Virus record (IMG/VR): IMGVR_UViG_3300032893_000059
Location: 1-55,581 of that record
Direction: 5' to 3' (one strand)
DNA length: 55,581 bases
Source: a virus
Taxonomy: Duplodnaviria; Caudoviricetes
The notes beneath the pieces were generated by a model. It did not search any database. It was not told the DNA's origin and saw only the letters and a list, made by a program, of their open reading frames with translations. This document shows, piece after piece, positions 1-8,430 of this stretch; position 1 is the first letter of the stretch, and each line of letters begins with the position of its first letter. The translations under genes and the position numbers were made by a program.

Positions 1-341
1 CGGCAGCGGCAGCGGCATCGGCATCGTCAGCGGCATCGGCAGCGTCATCGGCAGCGTCATCGGCAGCGTCAGCGGCATCGTCAGCGGCATCGTCAGCGGC
101 ATCGGCAGCGGCAGCGGCAGCGGCAGCGGCAGCGGCATCGGCAGCGGCAGCGGCATCGGCAGCGGCAGCGTCAGCGGCAGCGGCATCGGCAGCGGCAGCG
201 GCAGCGTCAGCGTCAGCGGCATCGGCAGCGGCAGCGGCAGCGTCAGCGGCATCGTCAGCGGCAGCGGCATCGGCAGCGGCAGCGTAAGCGGCAGCGTCAG
301 CGGCAGCGTCAGCGGCAGCGGCATCGGCAGCGGCAGCGGCA
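1..341. repeat. Low-complexity GCN/GAY codon repeat encoding poly(Ala/Asp)
   Basis: Tandem cggcag/cggcat/cgtcag units; the same repeat occurs at 55457-55581. Confidence 0.95.
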
Positions 342-745
342 GGCCGGAAGATCGGGATCGTCTTCGGCGCAAGGTCAGCCATGCGCGACCTGGTTCCCAC
401 CACCAGCACGGTCGCGGCGCGACGGATCGCCGCCTTCATTTCGTCCGGGCGAAGGAGGCGACCACAGATCTTTCGCTGTGCTTCGGGATGCTCGCGCAGC
501 CAACGGGCGCAGAACGCCAGGCGCCCAGCAATCCGAGCGACGTCTGGGGATGCGCAGAACACCACGCGCGTCTTCTTACCGTCGAGCCCGATGCTGTTGT
601 AGATGCCACGAATTGCCGCCTCGGCCTTTGAGCGATCCTCGGCAGTCATCGGATCGGTTCTGCGGGCGTTGGCCAGCACCTTGTCTGCCCAGGCGTGCAG
701 CAGCTTTCGGTGCTGCGGGGTCATGTGATAAAGCTTCTTGCCCAT
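1..745 (-). CDS. N-terminal part of a DUF6745-like protein (continues across the contig junction)
   Basis: Not in the ORF track because it is open at the edge. ATG at 745 reads MGKKLYHMTPQHRKLLHAWADKVL...AEAAIRGIY...VVFCASP and runs into an Ala/Asp repeat with no stop. The matching C-terminal half is at 54729-55581. Confidence 0.75.
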   Translation of the reverse strand, partial: MGKKLYHMTPQHRKLLHAWADKVLANARRTDPMTAEDRSKAEAAIRGIYNSIGLDGKKTRVVFCASPDVARIAGRLAFCARWLREHPEAQRKICGRLLRPDEMKAAIRRAATVLVVGTRSRMADLAPKTIPIFRPAAAAADAAAADAAADAAAYAAAADAAAADDAADAAAAAADAADADAAAAAADAAAADAAAADAAAAADAAAAAAAAAAADAADDAADDAADAADDAADDAADAADDADAAAAA

Positions 746-754
746 GGTGATTTC

Positions 755-1051
755 CTAGTCCTCGACGGCTCTGTCGCCATCGCCACCGCGCTCGCGCTGG
801 GGACCGATCGAATAATCCCCCTTCGGCAACAAGGTTTCTTTGTGGCGACTGGCATGCACAATCTTGGTCTTTCGAGCCACGCGCACGAGTCGAGCGTCTC
901 GTTCCACGCGGGTCATGCACTTGCCGAGGATCGTGTGCGCCCCCTCGTGGCTGCCGGCGATGACCAGGTTGGTTGCCGGCAAAAGCTTGCCCTTGATGGG
1001 CTTGTCGAGCTTGATAATCCTCTGGTCCCCCTGTAGCGCGAAAATTTCCAT
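755..1051 (-). CDS. Small beta-rich partner protein typically found next to DUF6745 genes
   Basis: QGD...GAH...H.SRH..LPKGDYSIGPQRE pattern; RBS (aagga) before ATG 1051. Confidence 0.7.
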   Translation of the reverse strand: MEIFALQGDQRIIKLDKPIKGKLLPATNLVIAGSHEGAHTILGKCMTRVERDARLVRVARKTKIVHASRHKETLLPKGDYSIGPQRERGGDGDRAVED

Positions 1052-1073
1052 TGCTGTTCCTTTCGTCACTTAG

Positions 1074-1667
1074 TCACCGGTCGCGCAGCGCCACTCGCAG
1101 CGCTCGCATTGCCCTGGCGGTATGGTCGTACACTTCCGCGCGCGTGAGCCCCATCCGCGCCGCCACCTCCGCCGGCTTCTCGTCGTCGAGGACCACGGCT
1201 CTGGCTGCCGGGTGGCGTGCCTCCAGCAGCTCGACCGCGGTGGCTAGAGCCCGGGCGCGGTCCAGGCGCTCCTCGATGGGCTGCCAGGACTCCACGGAGA
1301 TGCGGGCGGTTTCCGGACTCTCATCGCAATCCGCCTCGGAATTCTCATCGCAGCCTACGTCGTTGGCCGGTGTGGACAGACCGACTGCCTTGCTGGCCGA
1401 GGCCACTTCCCACGAGGCCCGCTTGGCCTTCGGGAGCGACACCGGGCATCTCGCCGCAGCCGCGAAGCGAGACACCACCAGCCCGACCTTCCACGCCTCC
1501 CAGGCCTCGCGCGAGCTGCCGCCATCTGGGCACCACGTGCGGCTAGCCTCGATCGCCGTGACTGCTGCCTCCTGCTCGAGATCGCGGATATCGATGAACG
1601 GGTTTCGGCGGGCGTAGCCGTGAACGGCGCAGCGGGAGCCGGGGGCGAGCCTGAGAGCATCCGACAT
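1074..1667 (-). CDS. Sigma-70 family factor-like protein
   Basis: Region-2-like DLEQEAAVTAIEASRTW.P and region-4 HTH PAEVAARMGLTRAEVYDHTARAMRALR. Confidence 0.7.
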   Translation of the reverse strand: MSDALRLAPGSRCAVHGYARRNPFIDIRDLEQEAAVTAIEASRTWCPDGGSSREAWEAWKVGLVVSRFAAAARCPVSLPKAKRASWEVASASKAVGLSTPANDVGCDENSEADCDESPETARISVESWQPIEERLDRARALATAVELLEARHPAARAVVLDDEKPAEVAARMGLTRAEVYDHTARAMRALRVALRDR

Positions 1668-2437
1668 CACGCTACCCTCCGAGACAGGTGCCAGCCTCGG
1701 CTGCGACATGGAGTCGGTTCCCGAAAGTCCGGCGGTAGGAGATGACGCCAGAGCTTCCCGCGGCAGATCATCGAGATGAGCGAATTGCTCACCTTGCGAG
1801 CTCGAGCAATGTCGACAGTCTTGGCGCCGGCCGCTCGGTCAGCTCGAATGGCTAGTATTTCTAGGTCGGTGAACTTTGCGTTCGTATTCTTGGAACCGAA
1901 CGTTGATCTGCCCATCCGGACCGTGTCTTCGCAGTTCTCCTTCTGCGTTCCGGGCGTGAGATGAGTAGGTCGACAGCAGGGAGCATTTCCGCAGACGACG
2001 TGCCGGATCGCCTTGCCTGCCGGGATGGGTCCGAACGCCAGAGCCCACGCAACCCGGTGGGCCTGCGACTCGACTTGGCCATCTCTCGATCTGACGCAGC
2101 AACTGCCATAACCAGAACGCCTGGTAGGCCCTGTCCACGGCCAGCATCCATCCGTGTCGGAACAGTCGACACGGGCGCAGAATGCTTTCGCCGCCTCAAT
2201 GCCGAATATCTCAAGCCCAGCCTGGGAGCATAGGCTCAGAAGGCCGATGCTCTGTCCGGATTGAGCTATGGGCACAGAAACAAGGCAGTCTGCATCGCCC
2301 ATGGTGGAAACGCAATCTCGCGCCTCGGAGGTAACCGCCACGTCGACCTCTGGATATGCATCACTGTCTACATGAACAACACCAGGGGAGGGAGCGGCGG
2401 CTACCTTCGATGCGCGAAAACGGTTGGGGTGGTTCAT
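1667..2437 (-). CDS. HNH endonuclease with C-terminal HTH
   Basis: CWPWTG...GYG...AHRVAW...HVVCGNAPCCRPTHL..GT..EN..D; start uncertain. Confidence 0.85.
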   Translation of the reverse strand: MNHPNRFRASKVAAAPSPGVVHVDSDAYPEVDVAVTSEARDCVSTMGDADCLVSVPIAQSGQSIGLLSLCSQAGLEIFGIEAAKAFCARVDCSDTDGCWPWTGPTRRSGYGSCCVRSRDGQVESQAHRVAWALAFGPIPAGKAIRHVVCGNAPCCRPTHLTPGTQKENCEDTVRMGRSTFGSKNTNAKFTDLEILAIRADRAAGAKTVDIARARKVSNSLISMICRGKLWRHLLPPDFREPTPCRSRGWHLSRRVA

Positions 2438-2449
2438 GTAGACCGGTCG

Positions 2450-2478
2450 AGCCTGCGCCTGTCGGAGCCGCCCGTCAA
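2450..2478 (-). promoter_or_regulatory. Possible sigma70 promoter for the HNH/sigma operon
   Basis: TTGACG-17-CAGGCT upstream of ATG 2437. Confidence 0.35.
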
Positions 2479-2512
2479 GGAAAAAGGCGTACCCTTCCCG
2501 AAATGCCTGAAT

Positions 2513-3568
2513 CTAAGGCCTTTCTTTTCTGATCCGCAACTCCGCTCGAATGAGGTCCAGGTTGTAGGCGAGGTAATGGCGTGTGTCCATGGTGGGTTTT
2601 CTGGCGCCTTGAAACGTTCCAGCGTCGTCAAATTCTGGCGCTCCCTCGTGGCCTTGAGCCTGTCGGATGTACTCGAGCGACCAGCCGCGTGCAGCGAGCA
2701 TGCTCGCGAAGCTGCGGCGCAAATCTTGGTCTGGCTTTACCCGGGCGAGGCCGCAGCGATCGCAAGCGGCCGTGAATGTCTTGGACAGGCACCAGAGGTG
2801 CCCGACCACGAGAGAATCAGCAGATCCGGGAGAGCGCAGGATGGTCTGCGCGGCTTCGCGCGCCTCGGGTTCCATGGGGAACCAATTGGGCTGACAGTGC
2901 TTGTTCTTGTGGTTGTGGCGCAAGTATCTTCCACGCCAGAGTTCGGCGCCGTTTTCGTCGCACCAGACATAGTCGGGCTCGATCCACCGTCTCGTCATGC
3001 GCTGGATGTCTCGGCTGTGGAAACCGTACCAGAAGGCGGCGTCGGCGAAGATCCGGAAGCGCTCGGGAAGAGCAAGCCTCAGCTCGCGGAACTCGGCGAC
3101 AGTAACAACGCGCTTGCCTCTGTTGCTGTCATTGGGAAGCCGAGGCATGTCGGGCACGTCGTCGCGACGGTACCGCTGCCCATCGCACTCCACCTTGCGA
3201 GCTGCTGCATATTTGAGAGCGGCGAGCATGAAGGTGTAGCGTTTTTTGACGGTGGTCCACATCAGCCCGTAGCCAGGCGGCCCCCAAGCACGCGCTACCG
3301 CCTCCAGTGTTTCAAGCGAGATCGCGGTCAGCTTCGTCGACTCGCCGAATGCCTGCAGCAACCACGAAATGCGCGTCTGGTAGTCCGTTACCGTGTCGTC
3401 GGCGATCTCTCCGATCAAGCGCCGCAGGTGGGAGTCCAGCGCTTCCTTGAGTGTCCCGCGTGGCCAGAAGCCGAGCTCCAACTGCAGGGGAGCCAGGCCC
3501 CGGTCACGCCCAAATGGGCCAACCTTCGCGAAATCAGGCTTACGACGTACGGCTAAGCGAGACGACAT
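2513..3568 (-). CDS. int: Tyrosine recombinase/integrase with divergent catalytic boxes
   Basis: QDLRRSFASMLAARG.SLEYIRQAQGH...TRHY; core-binding-like N-terminal half; AGGAG RBS before ATG 3568. Confidence 0.85.
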   Translation of the reverse strand: MSSRLAVRRKPDFAKVGPFGRDRGLAPLQLELGFWPRGTLKEALDSHLRRLIGEIADDTVTDYQTRISWLLQAFGESTKLTAISLETLEAVARAWGPPGYGLMWTTVKKRYTFMLAALKYAAARKVECDGQRYRRDDVPDMPRLPNDSNRGKRVVTVAEFRELRLALPERFRIFADAAFWYGFHSRDIQRMTRRWIEPDYVWCDENGAELWRGRYLRHNHKNKHCQPNWFPMEPEAREAAQTILRSPGSADSLVVGHLWCLSKTFTAACDRCGLARVKPDQDLRRSFASMLAARGWSLEYIRQAQGHEGAPEFDDAGTFQGARKPTMDTRHYLAYNLDLIRAELRIRKERP

Positions 3569-3640
3569 CAGTTGCTCCTGTTGTCTTTCGGCGGGACGCA
3601 CCGCTGTAGCGCCCACGCTGGCCGCCTCCCCGCTGGTCTG

Positions 3641-3668
3641 ACCATAGGCGGACGACGACCACCGTCAA
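3641..3668 (-). promoter_or_regulatory. Possible sigma70 promoter of the integrase
   Basis: TTGACG-16-TATGGT. Confidence 0.45.
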
Positions 3669-3876
3669 GTTTGCGGACACAGCGCAGCGTGCCTAGTGTG
3701 CCCGCGCTCCATTTTCAATGGCAACACACGTCGGAGGTCGTCGCCCAGCATGAACTACGAGAGGACGTCAATCCCATCGACGGTGCTGCTGCTACTGCGC
3801 CGGCGGCGTGGCGCGATCACTGTCGCGCTTCCGACGGCGGTTTGTAAATCCTAGATGTGGTCCGGCCTGCGGAATA

Positions 3877-4191
3877 TCACTGCCTGCTATCGCGCGAGTC
3901 GTTGCGACGGACCCTCCAGAGGTCGTCGACCAAGCTGGCGATCTTCCCGATGAGAGTGATCCCCGGCACACCTCGCGGAACATCGCGGCCGTTGGCGGCC
4001 AGCAGGTAGATCGCCAGCGGGGAGACACCAAGGCCTCGCGCGATGGCCTCGACGGCGCAAATGGTGGGCCGACGGCGCCCAGATTCGAGCATCGATATCG
4101 AGGCCTGCCGGCGCCCAGCTCGCTTGGCGAGTTCCGCCTGAGAGAGGCCTGCGCGGTGGCGCGCGCTACGTATACCGCTGGCGTAGTGCAT
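3877..4191 (-). CDS. XRE-family HTH regulator
   Basis: IRSARHRAGLSQAELAKRAG..QASISMLESGRRRPT; AGGAGG RBS. Confidence 0.9.
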   Translation of the reverse strand: MHYASGIRSARHRAGLSQAELAKRAGRRQASISMLESGRRRPTICAVEAIARGLGVSPLAIYLLAANGRDVPRGVPGITLIGKIASLVDDLWRVRRNDSRDSRQ

Positions 4192-4251
4192 TCGTGTCCT
4201 CCTGGAGAGCCGGCGCGGCGGGCCCTGGTGGTCGTGATGGTTGAGGGCCGT

Positions 4252-4289
4252 CATCCAGGTACTTGGGCGGTTCACCCAGTTTTCAGATC
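4252..4289 (-). promoter_or_regulatory. 38-bp conserved element, copy A
   Basis: GATCTGAAAA-ctgggtgaa-CCGCCCAAGTACCTGGATG. Confidence 0.75.
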
Positions 4290-4702
4290 GGGATTGCGGC
4301 GACGGCAGTGAGGCTCGCCTCGTACTCCGCGCGCTGTTGGGCCACCTGCTCGTTCTCCCATCGGTGGATCTCTTCGCGAGTCCAGCCACGCCAAGGACCG
4401 AGGCGCTCTTCGACGTCGCGATGGTGGGACCGGCAGAGCGAGTAGGCCCGGCGGTCGTCCTTCACGTTGGCGCCCATCGATGCCCCGTGCTCGTTGTGGC
4501 GCAGGTGGTACGGATCTCCGCCGTGGTGATGAGCGGTGCCTGGGGCCCGACACGGTCGCGTGCGCAGTCAGGACAAGTAGAGCGGATCGTCGAACTCGCC
4601 GCGGCCGCGCTTCTTGGGGCTCCAGCGGAGCGGTTTTGATCGTCGGAGCGGTTGGCGGCTTCGCAAGGGAGTGTAGCGCCGCAGTGGCGAGCGGCGGAGC
4701 AT
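4283..4702 (-). pseudogene. DUF968/HNH-like His-Cys protein interrupted by an in-frame TGA
   Basis: MLRRSPL...DPLYLS*LRTRPC...H...KDDRRAYSLCRSHH, all in one frame; the TGA at 4568-4570 sits where Trp is expected. Confidence 0.7.
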
Positions 4703-4705
4703 CGG

Positions 4706-5011
4706 CTACACGCCCCAGTAGCGCCAGTGCACGCGCCTCCCGGGATCCGGTCGCGGTGGCTCGTGGCGTTTGTACAAGGGCGGACGCTTTCCTGGCGGGA
4801 AGTACGCGTCCGGCACCACCTTCGCCGGCTGGGCTGCCTCATCCCAAGCCGCAAGCGCGGTCGAGCAGATCTCGTCATACTCCTGGGCGAAGACCCGGCG
4901 GCGCTCGGCGCTGTAGGCAATGAACCTCAGCCAGGCTTGCTCTCGCAGACGCTCGAGGTCTGCCGGCGCCCAGCCAATGCGGAACGCCCTGGCCTGTCCA
5001 GGTTGAATCAC
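4706..5011 (-). CDS. Hypothetical protein
   Basis: GTG start overlaps the upstream stop; fills the operon gap. Confidence 0.55.
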   Translation of the reverse strand: MIQPGQARAFRIGWAPADLERLREQAWLRFIAYSAERRRVFAQEYDEICSTALAAWDEAAQPAKVVPDAYFPPGKRPPLYKRHEPPRPDPGRRVHWRYWGV

Positions 5012-5541
5012 TTGAACATCTCCACTTGTCCGCCGGATTCCCGAGCCAGCTGGCTTAGCTCCTGTGCAGCGGCCGGAAGCCGTGCCACCCCAGCGAATGC
5101 CACCTGGTAGGCCCACTCGCGCGGTGGCCATTCGAGTGTGATGCCGAGCGAGAGCATCGTCGCCGTCACTTCGAGACCCATCGCCTCGGGACAGCGAGTG
5201 ACCCAGCGGGCCGCCTTCTCGTCCGCCATGAACCTCTCGATTTCGGCGTCAAGAGCAGCTCGAGCGCGGAGCTGCCAGTACAAGCAGCAGTAGAGCTGTC
5301 GCTCCGACCACCGTGGATACTTCGCGCGGAGAAAGCGCACGTGGTCGCCGAGCGCGAACGCGTTCCAAATCACGTGGGTCGGAAGAGACAGGTCGAAGTA
5401 AGCCTCGATGTGCTGCGCCTGCGGTGGGCAGCCAAGCTTCTTGCCAAAGTTGGGGCACCCCTTCGGGTGTAGCGGGTAAGGCTTCACACAGAGGCCACGG
5501 ACCTTCAGGTCGATGACCGGTGTTACCTGGGCGAACGGCAT
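5008..5541 (-). CDS. DUF2284-like Cys-rich metal-binding protein
   Basis: CPNFGKKLGCPP and CPEAMGLEVTAT motifs. Confidence 0.7.
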   Translation of the reverse strand: MPFAQVTPVIDLKVRGLCVKPYPLHPKGCPNFGKKLGCPPQAQHIEAYFDLSLPTHVIWNAFALGDHVRFLRAKYPRWSERQLYCCLYWQLRARAALDAEIERFMADEKAARWVTRCPEAMGLEVTATMLSLGITLEWPPREWAYQVAFAGVARLPAAAQELSQLARESGGQVEMFK

Positions 5542-5903
5542 CAGCCCCGGTCCTCTCTGGCGCGCTCGCCGAGCAGCTTCCACCCGTAGAGCCCGACGAA
5601 CCACCGCGACGGGTGCCCGGTCACCCATCCCCCGTAGGTCGCCACGGCTACGATGCTGCCCTCCTGCCTGCGCAGATGGGCGAGCGTGGGGACCTTGGTT
5701 GTCTCGTCGATAACCCCCATGGCCGCCATGCCGGCAAACGCCTCTCGAATCTCCATCGCCGAGGGCATCTTGCCGGCGTGGATGGCGAACTTCTCGCCCG
5801 GGCGCAGCTGCGTTGGGGACGGCCGCCAGTTGCGGTTCTCCAAAGGTTTCCCGAGGTAGCAAATGGCCCATGGCCAGGGAATCCGGATGGTGAGCGCCTT
5901 CAC
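5541..5903 (-). CDS. ASCH domain protein
   Basis: KALTIRIPWPWAI..GKPLENRNW...AIHAGK. Confidence 0.85.
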   Translation of the reverse strand: MKALTIRIPWPWAICYLGKPLENRNWRPSPTQLRPGEKFAIHAGKMPSAMEIREAFAGMAAMGVIDETTKVPTLAHLRRQEGSIVAVATYGGWVTGHPSRWFVGLYGWKLLGERAREDRG

Positions 5904-6262
5904 GTCGCGTACTCCCTTCGCCTGCCAGCCGCCACGAGCTCGGCCTTCCTTGTGATGAGGGCCAGTCGCCCGCTCGCCCCGCGCTTGCGCCAGTTTCCAA
6001 CCGAGAACGCCGTCGGCGGCGGCTCGTTGCCGGTGCGGATGCCGAGCGCCTTGAGCTGCTGGCACTGCTCACAGGGCGGATCCTGTTTGCACGGGCAGGC
6101 CGCCACAGCATCGCCGCGAGCCTTCTTGGCAAGGCAGCCCTCGCAGCGGTCATCGAAGGTCTTGGGCAAGCTCGGGTCACGTCCGCCGCGGCAGGCTGCG
6201 CACAGGTTTGCCTTGAGCCCCTTGCGGACGCGGCTGGGATGGGAGCTGCGGGGAGGCGTCAG
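5900..6262 (-). CDS. Cys-rich (three CxxC) hypothetical protein, possible CTG start
   Basis: CAAC, CEGC and CEQC; the frame exactly fills the gap between its neighbours. Confidence 0.45.
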   Translation of the reverse strand: MTPPRSSHPSRVRKGLKANLCAACRGGRDPSLPKTFDDRCEGCLAKKARGDAVAACPCKQDPPCEQCQQLKALGIRTGNEPPPTAFSVGNWRKRGASGRLALITRKAELVAAGRRREYAT

Positions 6263-7860
6263 ATGCCCGCCTTGCTGCCCTTGGGCTTCGGCACTTGCTC
6301 GCCTGGCATGACGATCGTCAGCCGGCCCGGCTTCTTGGGTTCCGGCAGCGGCTCCTCGGCTCCCTCGTCGTCGGCATCGATACCGACGATCCGAAGCTGT
6401 CCCGCCTCGACCACGGTGCCGATGATCTGCCAGCCGCCCCGCTTGGCCCGGCGAATGAACTGCTCGCGCAACGCCGGGTCCATCTGCTCCATCTTGTCGA
6501 CCCGCAGGAGCTTGCCGTCGGGCGCGATGCGCTTCACCAGGTCGACGCACAGCTCGGTCTTCTCGCTCTCGGATAGCAGCTTGAACACGTGGCCGTCCAG
6601 CGCGATGTCGTCGTCCACGAAGGTTAGCCCCGGGATCATGTTGGCCCGCTTCGCCAGTTCGGCTGGGGCGTCGTGGTCCAGACGCTTGACGATGTCGTCG
6701 AGCCGCTTGGCCTCGGCCTTGGCGGATTCCAGCTCGTCGGCCAGGGCGCCGGCGGAGGCCTGCGCATCGTGGGCGGCGCGGGCGGAGCGGATGAGGTCGG
6801 CCTTGGCCTGGGCGGTCGTGACCGCCTGGGTGGCGGCGGCAACTTCCTCGGCAGTAGGGGCCGCGATGGCGGTTTCGGTGAGGGTGGCTTCGAGCTCGCG
6901 GGCCTGCGCCCGGAGCGCGGCAGACTTGGCGTCTGACTTCGCGTGCTCGGCCTGCTGCAACTTGGCCCGCTCGACTGCTCGATCCGCCTGTTCGAACGCA
7001 CGTTCGGCTTCCTTCAGCGCGGCCCAAGCGGCATCCTTCGAGGCCAACAAACCGTCCATCACCGCCGCAGGAACGGGAGCGTGCCCGGCCGCGTCCTCTG
7101 CGTCTGCTTCTGCCCGAAGGTCGCTAATCTTCGCCCGCGTCCGCTCGGTACGTCTTGCCACGGACTCGGCCTGCTGGCGGCGCTGCTCCAGTGCTTCCAC
7201 CTGCCACTGCGCCTCCCGAACCGGCGCGTCCTCTTCACCCGGCAGCAGCACCACCACGCCCACGTGCTCGGGCTTCGCTAGCCCGTCGGCCTTGTCCTGA
7301 GCGAGCTTGAGCGCGTGCTTGGCGTCCTCCACCGCGGTGTTGGCCTTGGTTCGCAGGGCGTAGTAGTGGCCGTGCATCTCCGCCACCACCTCGAGCCCGT
7401 GCTTGCCCTCCTCGATCTCCCAAGCCTCGCCGGTCCAGTTCCTGGCGTCTTCTTCGGTCGCGGTCGCCGGCATGGCGGCCAACACCTTGCGGCGGCGCTC
7501 CGCCGATGTGTCGGACGCGAGCTTCAGCGGGTCGATGAGATCGGGGAAGCAGGCGTCGAGCTTCGCCTGCGGGCTGCCGGGGCCGAGGCCGTCGACCTTG
7601 ACCGACTTGGTGCCGTTGCGACGAACGATCGTTTCCACCGTGGCGGTGTCGAACTTCAGAAGCACCCGCCAACGGTCGGCGTCGTCGCAGATGTACTCGG
7701 GGCCAAATCCGCGCGACTTGAGAGCCGCATAGATGCCGTTGGCGAGACTGGTCTTGCCGGACTTGCTCTCGCCGATGAATTGGACGCCAGCGGTTCCGAC
7801 GGAAAACTTGGCGCTCTGGACGCCCATGAACTGCTCGATCTCTACATCCCTCAGCTTCAT
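6259..7860 (-). CDS. SMC/Rad50-like coiled-coil ABC ATPase
   Basis: Walker A GESKSGKTS, long coiled coil, LSESEK signature, Walker B LLRVDKMEQMD. Confidence 0.85.
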   Translation of the reverse strand: MKLRDVEIEQFMGVQSAKFSVGTAGVQFIGESKSGKTSLANGIYAALKSRGFGPEYICDDADRWRVLLKFDTATVETIVRRNGTKSVKVDGLGPGSPQAKLDACFPDLIDPLKLASDTSAERRRKVLAAMPATATEEDARNWTGEAWEIEEGKHGLEVVAEMHGHYYALRTKANTAVEDAKHALKLAQDKADGLAKPEHVGVVVLLPGEEDAPVREAQWQVEALEQRRQQAESVARRTERTRAKISDLRAEADAEDAAGHAPVPAAVMDGLLASKDAAWAALKEAERAFEQADRAVERAKLQQAEHAKSDAKSAALRAQARELEATLTETAIAAPTAEEVAAATQAVTTAQAKADLIRSARAAHDAQASAGALADELESAKAEAKRLDDIVKRLDHDAPAELAKRANMIPGLTFVDDDIALDGHVFKLLSESEKTELCVDLVKRIAPDGKLLRVDKMEQMDPALREQFIRRAKRGGWQIIGTVVEAGQLRIVGIDADDEGAEEPLPEPKKPGRLTIVMPGEQVPKPKGSKAGI

Positions 7861-7885
7861 TGTGATCTCCTCGACTTTCGTTTCG

Positions 7886-7940
7886 TGGAGCCGCCGGGAA
7901 TTGAACCCGGTCCACGTTGCTCACCGTGAGCTACGGACCC
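7886..7940 (-). ncRNA. tRNA-like RNA lacking an anticodon arm
   Basis: GGGTCCG-TA-GCTC acggt GAGC-aacgtgga-CCGGG TTCAATT CCCGG-CGGCTCC-A gives acceptor, D and T arms only. Confidence 0.65.
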
Positions 7941-8036
7941 AAAGCGCCGGCCGCTCATCGGTGCGGCGCCCGTGACTGCAAACCGGCAGTCACCACGGTG
8001 GCGGGACCATCCCGCCTGAATCGTTGGCGCAGCAGG

Positions 8037-8426
8037 TCAGAAGGGCACGTCGTCGTCCTCGGGTCGCGGCGATTGTCCGCGCCAGCCGCTGTCGCTCGCC
8101 TGTCCTCCGCCCGTTCCCGGCATCTCCTGCTGCTTCGACGGCGCTTCCGCCACCACTTCGATCCTCTCCCCCACGATGTCGGCGTAGACCTTGCCGTGCC
8201 ATTCGCGCCCGCCCAGCCTGCCCGTCACCTCGACGACAGACCCGACAGCGAGCCCGCGGGCTTGGTCGGCAACTCGGCCGAAGAACTTGACGGGAACTAA
8301 CTGCGGGTAGCTGCCCTCGACCTGCAGCACCAGCGTGACGATGTCCTTGCCGTTCTTGGTGGTGTAGACCTCCTTTCGGTCGACACGTCCGCGGCCATCG
8401 AAGGCGAATCCGCTCTTTGTTCCCAT
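8037..8426 (-). CDS. ssb: Single-stranded DNA-binding protein
   Basis: OB-fold (GSVVEVTGRL..REW) and acidic tail EDDDVPF. Confidence 0.9.
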   Translation of the reverse strand: MGTKSGFAFDGRGRVDRKEVYTTKNGKDIVTLVLQVEGSYPQLVPVKFFGRVADQARGLAVGSVVEVTGRLGGREWHGKVYADIVGERIEVVAEAPSKQQEMPGTGGGQASDSGWRGQSPRPEDDDVPF

Positions 8427-8430
8427 GGTG

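Noticed and set aside
3750-3854. 34-aa plus-strand ORF with GGAGG upstream, between int and XRE
   Set aside because: Too short and without a motif, so it cannot be supported as an excisionase or regulator
4568-4570. TGA recoding (alternative genetic code or selenocysteine)
   Set aside because: TGA is used as a normal stop throughout, including many ATGA overlaps; this is the only case
7884-7913. Complete tmRNA gene
   Set aside because: Only a tmRNA-like 3' end is present; the matching 5' strand is 55 nt away, leaving no room for a tag reading frame or pseudoknots
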